This document shows positions 10,555 through 24,227 of a stretch of 64,000 nt of DNA, one piece after another. Under the pieces are notes generated by a model, which was not told where the DNA came from, did no database searches, and saw only the letters and a list, made by a program, of their open reading frames with translations. This DNA comes from Orbicella franksi (lineage: Eukaryota), in NCBI GenBank assembly GCA_964199315.1, contig OZ116706.1, positions 5,828,001-5,892,000 on the forward strand, in the 5' to 3' direction. A program made the position numbers and the translations under genes. Position 1 is the stretch's first letter. Each line of letters begins with the position of its first letter.

Positions 10555-12745
10555 AGGGGTAGCAATTGATTTGAATTTTTAGTGTTTTGTAATTTTATTA
10601 GAGAGAGTATCTTCCATCTTCCAAAGGTTAGGGTTTCCCATAATTACACTTCTTAGATGATTATGCATGCTTAATATCAGTATAGTTTGGACAGAATCAT
10701 TATATTCATACTCTTCCTGGACACAGTTTAGTAGGGTTCCATATTTAGGGATCCGGAGTTAAGTAACATTTTAAGGGTCAGAAAAAAACAATGGATTTTA
10801 GATGAAGTCTCAGGGACCTAAATTTGAATTATAAATAAGTGAAATTTCGGTTTTTTAGAAGTTTGGTATTTTGAAATTCGGTGAGTGAATTGAGGTTTTT
10901 TTCTTGCTGCTTCAGCGTTTAATTTTACTAGTGTTCTCTCTGGAGGAATACAATATTTTGGTCGTTGACCTGTGAACAGGTTTCCTACTGGATATAGGTT
11001 GAAAAAGAAAACCAGACCAACTGCACTCAGTTTGCTCTGGGGGCTATCCATGTAGTCACAGGCAGAAAAAAATTTTCCTCCTCTTTATTGCGCGTGAGCC
11101 ATAGAAGCTCGCCCATCTTACATTTCGGAAGAGTTGAGATTTATCACGTTTAGTGAGCGGGCCTGTGCAGTTGTAAAGGAAAAGAAAGTATGCAGGATTA
11201 TGGTGTCTGGTCAAGAAATATATTTTTTCCAATTGACTACCCCTAAGTCGTAAAAAATATTAAATAAACTAAGATAGTGATATGTTTTTCCCGTTTTCTT
11301 TTTGTACACTTTAAACTATTGTTGTTCATTTCGTATTAAAGTAACGCGAAAGTATTTAAGTTTGGAAAATAATTTTGATGTTCAAAAATGTATTTGTTTC
11401 AGTTTTGTTTCAAGTAAGACGACAGTGAGGCAGAAAGTGTTCAATCTGTTTCATTCAGTATTTTCTGACCAAGGAATCCCATTTTCGTGGTTTAAAAACA
11501 CCGTATGCTTATTCGAATTTAGAAAATTTAACATCAAAGGTGTACAGAAGTTCTTCAAGAACAAAGCACAGTAAAATTGGAAAGTATGCCAAGTTTTGAT
11601 ATCTCGAAAAGTACACGAATTGTAAATATTGAGAACTCTTAAAAAAATTAAGAGCTCGACGTTGTTACCTTACTTCTGTAGCGCAAACAGAAATATGAAG
11701 ACCGAAAATTTCAGTCTAAAGGAAAACATTTTGTGGTGTATTAAAAGTGCTCAAATTAGTTTTGTCGTAGGTGTAATTATGGCAATGTAGCACCACAATT
11801 TCTTCAGTAGAAATCTTGTTTCTTCTTTTGTAAGAGTCGATCATGGTCTCTTGGCTTATATAACCTAATCTTTGAATTTATTATCTTTTTCACATTTTTT
11901 ATCTTTTTCAGTTCTTTCGTGTAAAAAGAGTAGAGGAATAGACCTTACGCAGAATTACGTGAATATGTCACCCTAGGCCTCATTTAATCGAAATCATCTT
12001 GTCAAACTTCTGGCTCCATACTGTTTACACGTTGGAGTTCTTTGTTGCTGTGGGAATTTATTCATGATAATACGTGCAAATTGCCAGTCGAGAGTGAGGC
12101 TTGGGATGTAAGTAGTTTACGGTCCGATGTGAACATACATAAGAACTATTACAACCTCTGTAATTACTTAAGATCTTTTGTTAAACAAAGTGAAGTGCTG
12201 TAAAGAATATAACGCATTTTATTAAATAATTAGGCAATTTCGCGCTCTCTTTTTATTTTTGTAACTTTTAAACTATATAATTTTAAACATACTGTGTGTT
12301 TTAAGGTGTTTTATAAAACGCCCTTTTATACAAACCAGGAGTGATAACCTGTTAAGGTGGTTGAACACATTCAATTTTTATACGAGGCAGTGCACATTCG
12401 GATTACGAAAAAACCTTGCATGTTGCTGATACAGCGACTACTTGGTTTAATCTCTGCTAGTTCTAAATGTGCTATTTTACTTCTAAAAATAATACAGTGT
12501 GTTGCGTGTTGTAGTATTTTGATATTTTGTTAGAACCGACGGTATGTCAGAAAAAACCAGTAAGTCAAGATGCAAAAACCCAACCGTCGGGCAGGATTTT
12601 TTGTTCAACCTTTGGAGTCCAGTGAAATGCAACGTTTGCATAGTTAGTCGAACAACTGAAAGTGAATGCTATTGTGACGTCCTTGAAAATGCACCTTTTT
12701 CTTTAGAGCCAGTCGTTGTGTTCAGCCATCTTAACTTGACCCCAA

Positions 12746-12935
12746 ATTCACCAAGTTTGAAGGATGTAACTTGGCTAGAACACGCTTAGTTAATTTTTCT
12801 AATTTTCTATACATTTGTCTTTTTTTTTTCGCACCGCCGCGTCTACCCAGCCATATGTACAGACAAATGAATGGAAAATTAGAAAAATTAACTGAGCGTC
12901 CTCTAGCCAAGCTACATCCTTCAAACTTGGTGAAT
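12746..12935. repeat. Fold-back element (75-bp inverted arms, ~40-bp spacer), probable MITE
   Basis: 12746-12820 is a near-perfect reverse complement of 12861-12935. Confidence 0.85.
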
Positions 12936-15666
12936 AAAATCTTCCACCTAGTATTCTAACATTGCGGCTCACAAATTGTGTAAAATTCGTCTTTGCAAAA
13001 AGTTTTTTGCCATCGGTTTCCCATAAAAACACTGTAATTTCTGACCGCTCTGCCTACCCGTCAAGATGGCGTCGAAAACCGTGATAGGGTCTATTTGTAC
13101 AACCACTACTGACAGTTACAGGTGTAGTATCTATAGTGACAGATATCGTGCGACCGTAAGGGATAAGTAGTATCTAATTCCAATTATTAAAAACTGGATC
13201 ATTGGATAATGCCATTCGAGAGTTTTCACTGACTTGGCTGTCATGGGTTATGGCCATTACACCGTGCTCTACACATGGTAAGCCTATGCGTGATTTTTTG
13301 GGGCGTTGTTAGTTTTATTTTGGTTCAGTTTTCTCTATGTTGGGGGCGTTTTTAATAATTAAAACAATTATTCCACTCGCGCTTGTTGGATTTGAGATGA
13401 TTATATCTACCATCTCATATCCAACGTGGATAGTTGTTAATTGGCGAGCGTTATCTAGGCATGGCGTTCCAAGAGTAAAGCTTGAAAACGAGCATGTACA
13501 TACGAATTCTATCGCAACTTCAGTAGTTGGTGGAGATTTATAAACAAACAAGCAAACAACGATAATCAACGGTGTATAGTTTTTAACACTTCATTAAATC
13601 AAAACCACAATGAAAACAACTGCAGTGTAAGAACACTACAACAGTAGACCCATGTAAAGACCCATAGGCTATCGCACGGAACCACCATGAAGTTTCTTCC
13701 TCGTCATGTCCTTCCTTTCTGATGCTCTTGCATTTCTGATCATCTAAGAAGAAAGAAACGTAGTTATTTGAGTGATAAAAAAATGATTGTAAAACTGCCG
13801 TCTAGTTCATGGGGTATTGCGAAAAGTTTTGAGATACGGTTTTTAACATTCGTTCATAGCCACAATGTTCAGGTTAAGGTGAAAATTGTCGATTTAATTA
13901 TTGTGATACTGATCTCACAGACATTTTAAAAGAATAGAACTGAACCTTTTTGTCGCCAATGTCACAAGCTCCCTTTGTTACTTACCAAAGGAAAACTCGG
14001 GTTCGTCACTCTTTCAAAGATGAGTGATAATGATTCTGTCCACAAGGCTGAAAGAAGAGAAAGAAGGAAAACTGTTTAATTTAACCGAGAGGAGAAGGTC
14101 CCCTTGCACTGTGTTTTCGTAAAACACGGTCATCGCGTCATGATTTGTGGAGTGCCGTATTTTCAAGATATGGCACATAATGTCGTGGCTTTCTTTCACT
14201 GCATATACCGTTAATGAGGGACGATTTGACGTTTTCTGTTGGTCATAAGCAAATCTAAGCTATTTGATTGCCTCGCTTTGTTGCTTTTAATATACTTTTT
14301 AACCTTTCCAATAATTCAACGGGAAGTCGAAGCTGGGCTACTGAAAGTAATTTTAAAGATTGAAGGCCGCAGTTAAGACTTTGCCAAACTGAGAATTGGG
14401 GTTCCACTTTTTGGAAGTAGATTCAAATAGATGAATATTTCTTCATCCACAGTGGTAGTAAAATAAAAATGCCACACATTTGCAATCATTAGGAGACAAT
14501 TCATGTATTACCCAAATTGGCAGAAGAAGAGTCAGAGCTGTGTCTCCATACTGCAGCATGATCCTTAGGTGATCTTCGCATAGTTGTTCAACCTCACCCT
14601 GAGACTCCACATATACTTCTGCTTTAGCTCCTGGTTGCTCCGTCCACCGCTGACTTAATGATGTTATCTGAGGCACAGTAAATATCTGGATAGTAGAGAA
14701 AAGTATGATCAGTTTAACTTTTGAAAATTTTTAACCAGTTTTAAATAATTTTTCTTCTGAGTACCTGCAAGGTCCAATTTATTTATTTCAGTGATGGTAA
14801 CGTGTCACTTATGACGTCATCGTTGGATTTTTTTTTTCAATATATTAATAAATAGTAAAGCAAGGATGCTAACACTGTAAAGAGCGAGGTATGACAGAAG
14901 TTATAACTTAAAACGTTTGGTGGAACAAGTTAAGTTGGACCATGGTTACCATAGAAAACCCTTTAAAAGAAGGTTGCAATAGCATCGCTAAGACGCGTGA
15001 CCAGAAAATAGAATGCCCACTTGCTAGTCAATAAATTTTTCGAAAGGTCACCAAGTTTTGGATTACTTTTACTGAAAATTAGAAAACGTACAAATGAGTG
15101 TGACAGGCTTACTAGCTGTGGTAACACAAGCAACTCTCGAGTCACACTTATAGGTTGCTGATGCAGTTGTCACATTTAATGTTGTTTCAACTATACTATA
15201 CAAACCTCCTCCCCTTAAATTTTAACTGCTTTAAAGTACTTTTGTCATGAACTTATTCTGAACTTATTGTAAAGGTTGAACACAGCGATGTACATAGCAC
15301 TCACTTTTTCAGCCATGCTTGAGTCCTTTATCCTGAAGTTTCTTTGCAGTTGGTTCACCAACTGGAACCTAATTGTGACTTGATCTTGTATAAATCCAGT
15401 GTGGAAATATCGAGTACTTGTTTGTAGACCCATGCGTTCAACACAAAATGGCACTAACTTCGTGCCTGGCTGCTCTTCCATCTTGCTAACCAATACACAC
15501 ACTTCCCTCTAGTAAAAAGAGAAGAAAGTAACACATTGACAACTTAATGGCTCACATTATAAGCCAAAAGGTGGCATAGCATGTAGTTTTTGTTATCATG
15601 ACAAAGTTACAGGAGAGTAAAATTATTTTTGAAACAAAGATGACTGAACATTTTACTGTATGGAGA

Positions 15667-16067
15667 TACAATCGAACCTCCGGTTGCGACCACCTCTCGT
15701 AAGCGACCAGTTTTCCAAAATACCAAAAGTTTCTAAGTCAAATCACTATATTTGGAACTTCTTGTAAGCAACCACCACTTAACAGATAACAGAGCAGAAA
15801 TAGGATAATAAGGTGTTGTAACATTATCGCATTCCTGGGTAGTACAAGAGACGGATATTCTCAACGGGAAGTACCGCATTTTTCTCGAAATTGACTTTTC
15901 ACAGGAATAAAACATTTAAAACACGGGGTAAGTCTCTTCAGTTACCCTATGCTAATGAGGCAAAATTTTGACCCTATATGGTCTAAGCTCTCGTAAGCGA
16001 ACACGTCCCTTAAGCGACCACATAGGCTTGACATTTTGGCTGGTCGCTTACGAGAGGTTTAACTGTA
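15667..16067. mobile_element. Tc1/mariner-pogo-type MITE with TA target-site duplication
   Basis: TA|caatcgaacctc ... gaggtttaactg|TA. Confidence 0.8.
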
Positions 16068-16222
16068 CTTTTAATTTGATAAGGCTGTAATTAGTGGTAT
16101 GAACAGCCATAAACTTGATGTCTTAAACAGCACAATAACCGCCTTAGTCCTTTCACACTTTAGAGTTACTCTATGTCAGAGTTTCTACCAGTTGATCAAT
16201 TTGTTCAATGTATTTTACTTAA

Positions 16223-16623
16223 GGTGGCTCAAAACAGTTTCCAGTACTTTCCAAGGCGTAGATTTTGATGGATCATTATAACCAGTCGTTATCAATTGAT
16301 GCTACAATCATGGTATCAAACAACGGTCCAATCATTGCTGAACATGTAGTTATCGTTTTCATGAGACAATAGGTCACCATAGCCATAGTATGACCTGTTA
16401 AAAACAATCATTGCTGAACATGTAGGTATCGTTTCATGAGACAATAGGTTACCATAGCCATAGTATGACCTGCTAAAAACACCCTTAAATGTAGCTTTTA
16501 GTACTTATATTCCATAAACGGAATGGTAAACCCTTTTTTGTTTTCGAATTTTGATAAGTAGAATAAGATCCAACTTTTGGCAAAGTTAAAAAAAACATTC
16601 TGTACATGGGTTTCACAGCAACC
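16223..16623. mobile_element. MITE with TTAA TSD, containing an internal 2 x ~76-bp tandem duplication (16329-16479)
   Basis: TTAA|ggtggctcaaaac ... gtttcacagcaacc|TTAA. The internal caatcattgctgaacatg...gacctg unit occurs twice. Confidence 0.65.
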
Positions 16624-19600
16624 TTAAATTTTCTTTATTAAGTCTTAGAAAGATATGGAAAACGTTTTGAGCCACGTTAATGTTATTTGAATAAACTAAT
16701 GTAATTTGTAAGCAAATTTACTGCAGTAGGAATTACGCACATTAAAGGTAATTTGCTAAAGATATTTTAAGAGGACTCTGATGAATACAAATTAATCTGA
16801 AGAACAAGGCAAAAAGATTGTACCTGTTTTAATAAAAAAAAGTTATGACTGATAACTGTACCGGTGATGGTCAAATATTAAATTGTGGTATTTTGGCCTA
16901 AAGACGAAGAAAGGTAATGGTAATAACAAAATTACTGTAATGCAGTCAGTTTACATGTATGTGTAATTTGTTATATGGGGTTTCCTCATAAAGTAAAATA
17001 TACATTAATTAAAATGCATTAAATAATTCAAATTGCATTTATTTTATCAGAAGTTTCATTACAATGGTTTCTACTTAATTTATTTCATTCACATTGTAAA
17101 AACAGAATTAGAACTGTCAATTTGGAAATATTTGTACAAAATTTTAGGTTCCTAATAAAAGCAAACTTTCACAAACTAAAGAGGGAATACTTTTGTCAAT
17201 TTATGGCTACTTTGAACAGGGCATTTTGAGATTGCTTAATCATAAGGACTTTGTGCTCATTTGACAGAATGTTTCCAATTTGGTTTCCATAAAATATTAA
17301 ATAACTTAAGTGAAATCTTCAATTTTTTTGAAGATAAACTGAAAATGTGAATATACACTTTTCAAAGGTTATTTATTTTCAAATAAACAGAAATCGATAA
17401 AGTCCAGTCCATTTCCCTCAAGGGGAAAGAGATGTACTGCTAGGTAATTTGAATATTAAAATGAGTTTACAGGAGCAGTATGCGGTCTTAGAAGTAGCAC
17501 AGTACCCACCCAAGAAGCCACCACAAAAAGGTGGTAACTCAGCCTCTGAAAACGCCAGCTGAACGTTTTTTTGGCACATGCCATGAGGACCATGCCTCGA
17601 AACTATAGAAAATTGGAAATACCATACTTGTCATATTAGTACTACTTTAGAATTAATTTGGTTGACTGAAATTCACTTAGTTGTCTTTTATGTTTGTTCA
17701 GCATTGGCAGCGTGCTAGGATGACTCATGTGTCATTGAAAAATGCAGGCATTTCAGAGATATATTCGCATGAAATGGTACAATATATTAGAGATCATTTT
17801 ACCTCACTGAAATCCTGCGAGGCCAGAAAATGTACTGAAACACTCTTTTCATTCCTCGGTACGGATGGGAAGCGTCTTTCCAAGACAAATAATTTTGTCT
17901 GGATACCTGGTGATGGTATTTGCACTGAAAAGGGCGAGTCATCTGGGTAAAACAAATGTAAACGCATTGTAAGATATACTGATAAATTAGAATTGAAAAC
18001 CTGCTACACAGTATATATGTATTTCCTCAGTCCTTATTTTTTTTCTTAAGAACAAATAAATCGTTAAACTGCCTCGAGCACGACAGGTAGTGTAGAAGAC
18101 TATTCAGCGTTGAATTTGACATTCATATTTGTAAGCACTCGGTTCAAGTAGTAATCAATGGCTCCAGCATCAGAAAAGGTATTAACGTTACGGATTCAGT
18201 CATTCCAAGCACTTCCTTGAAACGTTTGATTAATGTTTACACGACATTTTACGAGGATAAAGATTTTGAATTACTGTTTTTTAGGGAGTCTGCATGGCTG
18301 CCTTTATTATTGCATTAAAAGAGTCAAATGCTGCAGTCAATAGTTTTTTAGACCGCCATATTTACTTTTGGTGCGTGAGAGAGAGCACTCAAACCTGTCC
18401 CAAACGGAGCATTTTATGATCTTTATGCTCGGAGAATCTCACATAAACAATGAACACTGAACAACCACTTCAAGGTTTTGGTATGAAAGCTGAAAAGTCA
18501 GAGGTGCTAAGTTGTTTTTCCTCTTGCTATTTTGAGAATAACATATTTTAAACATGGTCAAGGAAAGAGTCTGTCGAGAGCTCAATGAGCTTGGTTCCTA
18601 CAAGAGAGTGGTTACGGCCTTTTAATGTTTCTACTTTGCCTAGGTAGAAAAGAGAAGCTTCATGCAATCTTCCATACCAGTATAATCGTGATTCTTGATT
18701 CTAAGGTGCCATTTGTATTCTCAATTTAATATGTATAAAACGGCCGACGATATTCGAAACAAACTGCCTACCCCACGAAATTCTCGGAATGGATTTGCAC
18801 AAGTCTCGCAATGAATTAATTTCAAGGTCGCTTAGACGGTCTTTTCTCGTAACAAAGTTTAAGTAACACACACATCATAAAATGCAAACTCTAACCGCCA
18901 TTGCAGCCGAGCAGCCTTCAAACTAAAATAGCGGTCAACCGCATCGATTTTTTGCAGCATGCAGTTTTCGATGCTGGCATGTCGTTGCTTTCCTCTGTGT
19001 GCTTTAACTACAGTATAAAAGTTACAATTGTCGTATTCTTGAAACACTAGTGAATATGATACGTACTGTGTACAGGAGTTCGTCTGAACTGCCCTCCATG
19101 TCGACCCGTGACCAGAAGCCTGCTTTCTGAGGGATTGATTTCTTCAATAGAAACATTGTCTTCGAATGCTGCGCGAGTACAGGCCACACCATTAACAAGT
19201 ATGTGGAGCAGCTCACTGACAGAGCCTGACTCCGCAAGCATCATATCGCTTCTGTGCTCATTTTCGTGGGCCCCGTCGTCGATCCGAACTTGTATAGAAC
19301 CATTCGTTTGTGTAATGGCTGCTTTGTCGCCCTCCAGTTGGAGACTACCTTTCTCTCCCTCGCTCTGCATTAGAATCTCCGCTGGTTGGGTTGGGGAGCT
19401 TTGTGTGACTGACTTCACAAGCATCATGTCACTCTGCTAATGATTTTGATTATCTTTGTCGTGGATCTGACCTTCTTGGAAAGCGTTATTCGCTTGTCGA
19501 ATTACAACAGTTGTGTTAGAACTTCCCAACTCCTCTTCGCTAAAGGGAATCTCTTGACGCTCAACTGGCGGCACTAGTTAGTATGCCGGATTAGGTTGCA

Positions 19601-20323
19601 TTTGGCTAGAAGGTTGTGTCGATTCTTCATCGAGCGTTTGTAAAGGTTGCCGTTGGATTTCTTCAGTGTCTGGCCCTTCAAAGTATGCTCGATTGCTTCT
19701 GTTCCCTTCCTCTTCGTCCTTCAAAATAGCAGGAGAGTAAATTACCAGAATGTTATCACATGTCGCGCCAAAACTATTGCACTAAAAACTAGGTAAACTT
19801 TGTCACCCTATAATCGAAATACTCAGTTGTAATGAGTTATTTGAGTACCGTATTCGGAGTATCAAAGCCATCCATTTTGCCTTGAACTTCGTAACCCTTA
19901 CAGTATGAATCGAAATCCAGTATGATAATTATTTATTGATATCAGCTGTCACATAAAGGTCCACTGATTGGATAAAGCAAGCTAAACAGTCTGTCAGTCA
20001 TGCTCGACAGGACTGCGGCTGTGCACGTGCACGAAAATAGTTTAATATTTTTTTATACATTTATACTTCATTTTTACAGTAATCTTTCTAGTATTGTTGT
20101 TATTACAATTTAACTGATTTAATTCATAATTTACTACCTCTTAGTATAGCTCCTGTTGATTTAGGAGTTGTTTTTTGGTTTAAAGATTTGATTAAAGTTG
20201 GCCAATACCTACACACTTCAATTTCGACCTTTTAATGAATCTTCTATCTTGTAACTCAAACCATCATATCTTTATTAGGCATTTATTCAGTAATGTCCAT
20301 GGTATTCTAGGTATTTCATCGTG

Positions 20324-20593
20324 TAGAAAGAGTTTTCAATTGAGTGTCATAAAACCAAAACCAGGGTAATCACTCTGGCCAATCACAAAGAACACGGACA
20401 ATACAGTGAACCAATGGAAACTTCAAGTAAATACATGTACCTTGGAAAACGTGCGCGAACAAGTCTCAATTGGTTTTGGTTTTACTTCTACTTCTGATTG
20501 GATGAAAGAGTGGCGCGAGTCTTTTTTAGCCAATCGTGTAGCGTAGTTATGTAAAGCCAATTACTTCTCTACTCTCAAGCGAAAACCACTCTA
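20324..20593. mobile_element. MITE immediately left of the B1 duplicated block
   Basis: Imperfect TIRs tagaaagagttttcaattgagtgt versus actctcaagcgaaaaccactcta, with internal CCAATC/GATTGG repeats. Confidence 0.6.
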
Positions 20594-21174
20594 AAAGTCT
20601 AATGCTTTCATTTGTTGCTATTTGTTAGATTTCTTCCTTCCGTTAAGGAATCGTGTGCGATGTTTTAATACTCATCCGGCGCCTTCATGTTGTGCTTCAA
20701 ACATTCTTTTTTCCTTGTACTGTCATTGTAATGCCTCTAATACCTTTTTTTGCTGGAAGACATGTCATTCAGTATGTATTTAGGTCAACAGTTCAGCCAT
20801 ACTACAGCGTGACACATGGAAAAATGTACAGTTATTTGATCGATTGTATATTTGTTCTTCTTTCCGGCTTTCCTGCTTGGCTGATCTCTAACAGACGTCA
20901 GTACCAGTGCAACGAAGCATTTGGTAGGTTACATGGAGTCTAGGTTGTGGTGAGGACGGACGCTGTTGGCGGCGGAAGGGAATACAGGCAATGATTAGGT
21001 AGTTGTATGCAAGAAAAAAATCTGTCAGTCTTTTTCGGGCTATTCGTTCCTTTATTGCCAGTCGCATGGCCGCGATTCCCTAAATCTGCTGAGTGTTTGA
21101 TCGCGTTTAACGTTGTGCAACTTCTCTTCCCACGCTCACGGAAAAGACGATGAGTCATGATGACGAGATTGTCT

Positions 21175-21186
21175 GGGGAATTCCCC
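21175..21186. promoter_or_regulatory. Palindromic NF-kB site upstream of B1 (AP-1 motif TGAGTCA at 21151-21157)
   Basis: GGGGAATTCCCC, 401 bp before the ATG at 21576; retained in B2. Confidence 0.6.
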
Positions 21187-21575
21187 CAGTTTATCTGGTT
21201 TCAACCAGTTTCTAATTTCCACCGTCAGCACTATTTAAACTGAGGCTCATATCATTCTCACTGGGCAAAGTAAAATCGACTTATTTGGTGAGTACTTCAT
21301 TGTTATTTACGAAGTAGTCATGACTTGTTCATTACGATCAAACGAGCAGGTAAATTAGGTGTCAAATTAATCGTAATTTTGAATCCCTTACATGTCGCGT
21401 CGATTAGAATACGATTACTAGTGTGCACGATATTAATTGTTAGTATTACAATCTGGTCGTGTTCTAAGTTGAAACATCTAATTATTATTGCAGTAGCCGT
21501 TTTACTTCGGAGCAGGATATTCAAAGTGAACTTACCAGAATAAATCGTGTTGAACTGAGCAAGACTGAATCCCCG

Positions 21576-23487
21576 ATGTGTTACTTCAGAATCGTAACGA
21601 GAACAGTTTTTATGGCAGCCCTGGTAAGTTTGCTAAGTTTGATGTCAGTTTGCCGGGCTTATTCGGTGATAGGCTATTAATGAATGAATTATGTTTTATT
21701 AGTGTCGCATAGCCTCATAATAATAACATATTCCATCGATCGATAAGATATCAATTATGTCATGCCAACAATATCAAGACAGCGTCGCTTATCGTGACAA
21801 GGCCACAGGTCGAGTATTTTACTAATTCAACTCCAGCCACACGTGTTGACACGCGTTCCACCAATTTCCTGTTCAGTTTTATTTGCCCAATTGCAATGGA
21901 TCATTATAAAACCGCAGAAATGTGAATTGTTTTTTAAGTTATTTCGTATTTTGTCTACAAGTGAAAAGTCAAGAAGAATTCGTTTATTTATGATTTTGTG
22001 GGACGTCGGCCTTTGACACTGAGTTATTTTGTCACATTTTGTTTATTAGTTGAAACAATTACTTTATAAATAAATGAAAAAAAAAAACAAAAAAACAAAA
22101 AAAACACAGAAAAAGCCATACTATCACGATCAATTTAACTTTTAGATTCAGAAACTTTTCATTGTTTCATAGCTCCAAGCTCAAACCAGCTGCTGCTCTG
22201 GATGCAAAGATGACAAAGTCACCTGGCGAAGCAATAATGCAGCAAAGAATGACACGTGCTTGGCTTGTATCGACTGCCCAGATGGAATGGAATCCTCGAT
22301 TCCTTGCGGAACGGTTGCCAAATATGGAACACATTTACACTGTGTGGCATGTAAAGAGGGAACTTTTTCTGATACTTACGATAAAGGACAATGCAAGCCA
22401 TGCACCGTGTGTTTAACTGGGCGCATGGTCACACGGAACTGCTCTGCCACCAAGAACACGCAATGTGGCTCTTGTAGCTATGGGTATTACGAGAGTGAGG
22501 TCGTCTTTGATTGTTTGCCGTGTTCTGTTTGTTGTTGGGACGGAAGAGATCAATTCGAGAGTCAATGCAAAACCCAGGGTCTACCAAGACACCGCCACTG
22601 CAAACCCAGACACGAACGTGGCTGCCAAGCATCTTGGACAAGCGTTGTGAAAGCGACCTCAGGCGCGATAACTGTGTTACCAAATCAAGGAGCCATGGAG
22701 CAAGACAGGGGCAACACCACCAGGACAACAACAACAATAACAACAACAACGGCAACTGACGAAAAAGCAGCATCACTTTCACCCACAACAGAAGAACGTT
22801 TCATTAGCACTAAGACCAGAGATCAAAACAAGAGTTTCCGCACTCTCTCAACTACTTCAACTGAGTTGCAAAAACGGACTGCTCCAGCCACATACTCTGA
22901 TGGCAAAAGCAGTTTAGCTGTAAGAAAGAGCAAAGGATCTTTGTTAGACAGCAGCGGCGCAAACAAGAATCGAGTCATTAAGGCTGTGAGTGTGAGCATC
23001 GCCATTTTGATAATGATTGTACTCGTCGCCAAGAGGAAGAAACTTGCGGCCTACTTCAAGTGGGCGAGATGTCATCCCACTTGTGGGTGTAGATCTAGCG
23101 ACGCTGAACTCGGGGGAGCCACCGAAAGCTCAGTGCTAGATGACATCAGAGGACAACCTGTGAGTGTCGTGCCTAAGGGAGGTGAGCAGGAATATATATC
23201 TTGCTTGTACTTCGCTATTTAATCTGATCATCAAATGCACGAATGTATCATTACTTTTGAGCCATAGTCACAATAGTACTCGTATATATATATCGGTAGC
23301 TGGCAAAACATGCTGATGTTGCTAATAGGGGCAGGCTATGCCACGGAGCACCATTGTTGCAGTACCTAGTGTTTATTTTTCAGTCAGAACAAGCAAGGGG
23401 AAGATGCCATACGGGCCTCTCGACGTTTTTCTTTACAAATTTCTTCTGTAAAGCTGAAACTTTCAACTTAGTGTCTCTTTCATACCT

Positions 23488-23520
<33 letters not shown>

Positions 23521-24227
23521 GTTATTTGATAGTGTCACAGCAACCACATTTTGACATGCAGGCTGATTTAACTTTCGTCTTTTTGGTAGAATTCTGTCTT
23601 TTTCCCAGTTGCCTGGACTGATAATATTGCGGAATCAGTCATTTTCGTCATATTATTACTCGGCTACAGAGGGGAGAGGCTTCCTACCATCGCTACTTGA
23701 TATTGGGAGCGAGAGTGGGAATTTGATTATACCAGTTACTCTACCCCGTTTCCTCTTTCGTAATGCACCAAGGGCATTGACCAATTTCCATATCGCAAAC
23801 CGAAACATGTATTATGCATAGTTCAACGTGGAATATTTACGAGCAAATGACGAATGTCATTTATGGTAAACAGCTCTTTAATATTTATTTTCTTTTTCCA
23901 GTTCTTATTCCCATGAAAGAGCTCAAGTTGCTCTCTCTCGACACCTATGACAGAGTGTGGAAACGATTGGACAAAAAACCAGAAGGAGCTAAGAAGGGTG
24001 ACTTCCAGCATGTGGCTGCAGAGTTCATGTATACACAGGAAGACATTTGGGAATTGGAAAAGGAACTTAAAACTTCGGGATTGGGAAGCCCTTCAAGACA
24101 GCTATTGGACGGCCTCGAGACTAGGCGGCCTGACCTCACTGTCTTAGAGTTTGTAAAAGTGCTGCAAAAACCGAAAATTCAGAGGGACGATATCGTTAAA
24201 TTGCTAAATGATTATGTTTATAGATAG
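21576..24227 (+). CDS. TNF receptor superfamily death receptor, subtype B, copy 1 (B1), ~460 aa
   Basis: Exons 21576-21623 (MCYFRIVTRTVFMAAL|gtaagt), 22173-23181 (CRDs, Thr-rich stalk, TM AVSVSIAILIMIVLVA, ends G|gtgag) and 23902-24227 (death domain). The frame is continuous at phases 0 and 1. Confidence 0.92.

Larger units (their letters stand above)
13583..19875 (-). pseudogene. Decayed multi-exon protein-coding gene of unrecognised family
   Basis: Minus-strand exons: 19875-19849 (caaaATG, MDGFDTPNT|gt), 19718-~18070 (acidic N-terminus then globular-looking sequence; in-frame TAA at 19580 and TAG at 19439 plus several frameshifts), 17942-17803 (open), 15508-15305 (open, strong tttttactag acceptor and gtgagt donor), 14667-13986 (stops and frameshifts, gtaagt donor), 13743-13583 (open to TAA). 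Splice phases match at every junction except the 3' end of exon 2, where no donor was found. Confidence 0.6.

Noticed and set aside
17681-17950. 89-aa plus-strand ORF
   Set aside because: It overlaps the minus-strand pseudogene exon 17942-17803, which has proper splice sites; most likely an antisense shadow.
21325-21543. Hydrophobic ORFs upstream of the B start codons (also 41256-41510)
   Set aside because: In frame with the receptor only in B2 and from a GTG start; stopped and out of frame in B1. Not conserved as coding.
23182-23222. Short read-through of TM exons into introns to a stop (all six genes), suggesting DD-less isoforms by intronic polyadenylation
   Set aside because: Early stops and AATAAA-like motifs are expected by chance in AT-rich introns. 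There is no positive evidence without 3'-end data.
23488-23520. Poly-T run of about 30 nt in B1 intron 2, absent in B2
   Set aside because: Ordinary homopolymer expansion or sequencing artefact.
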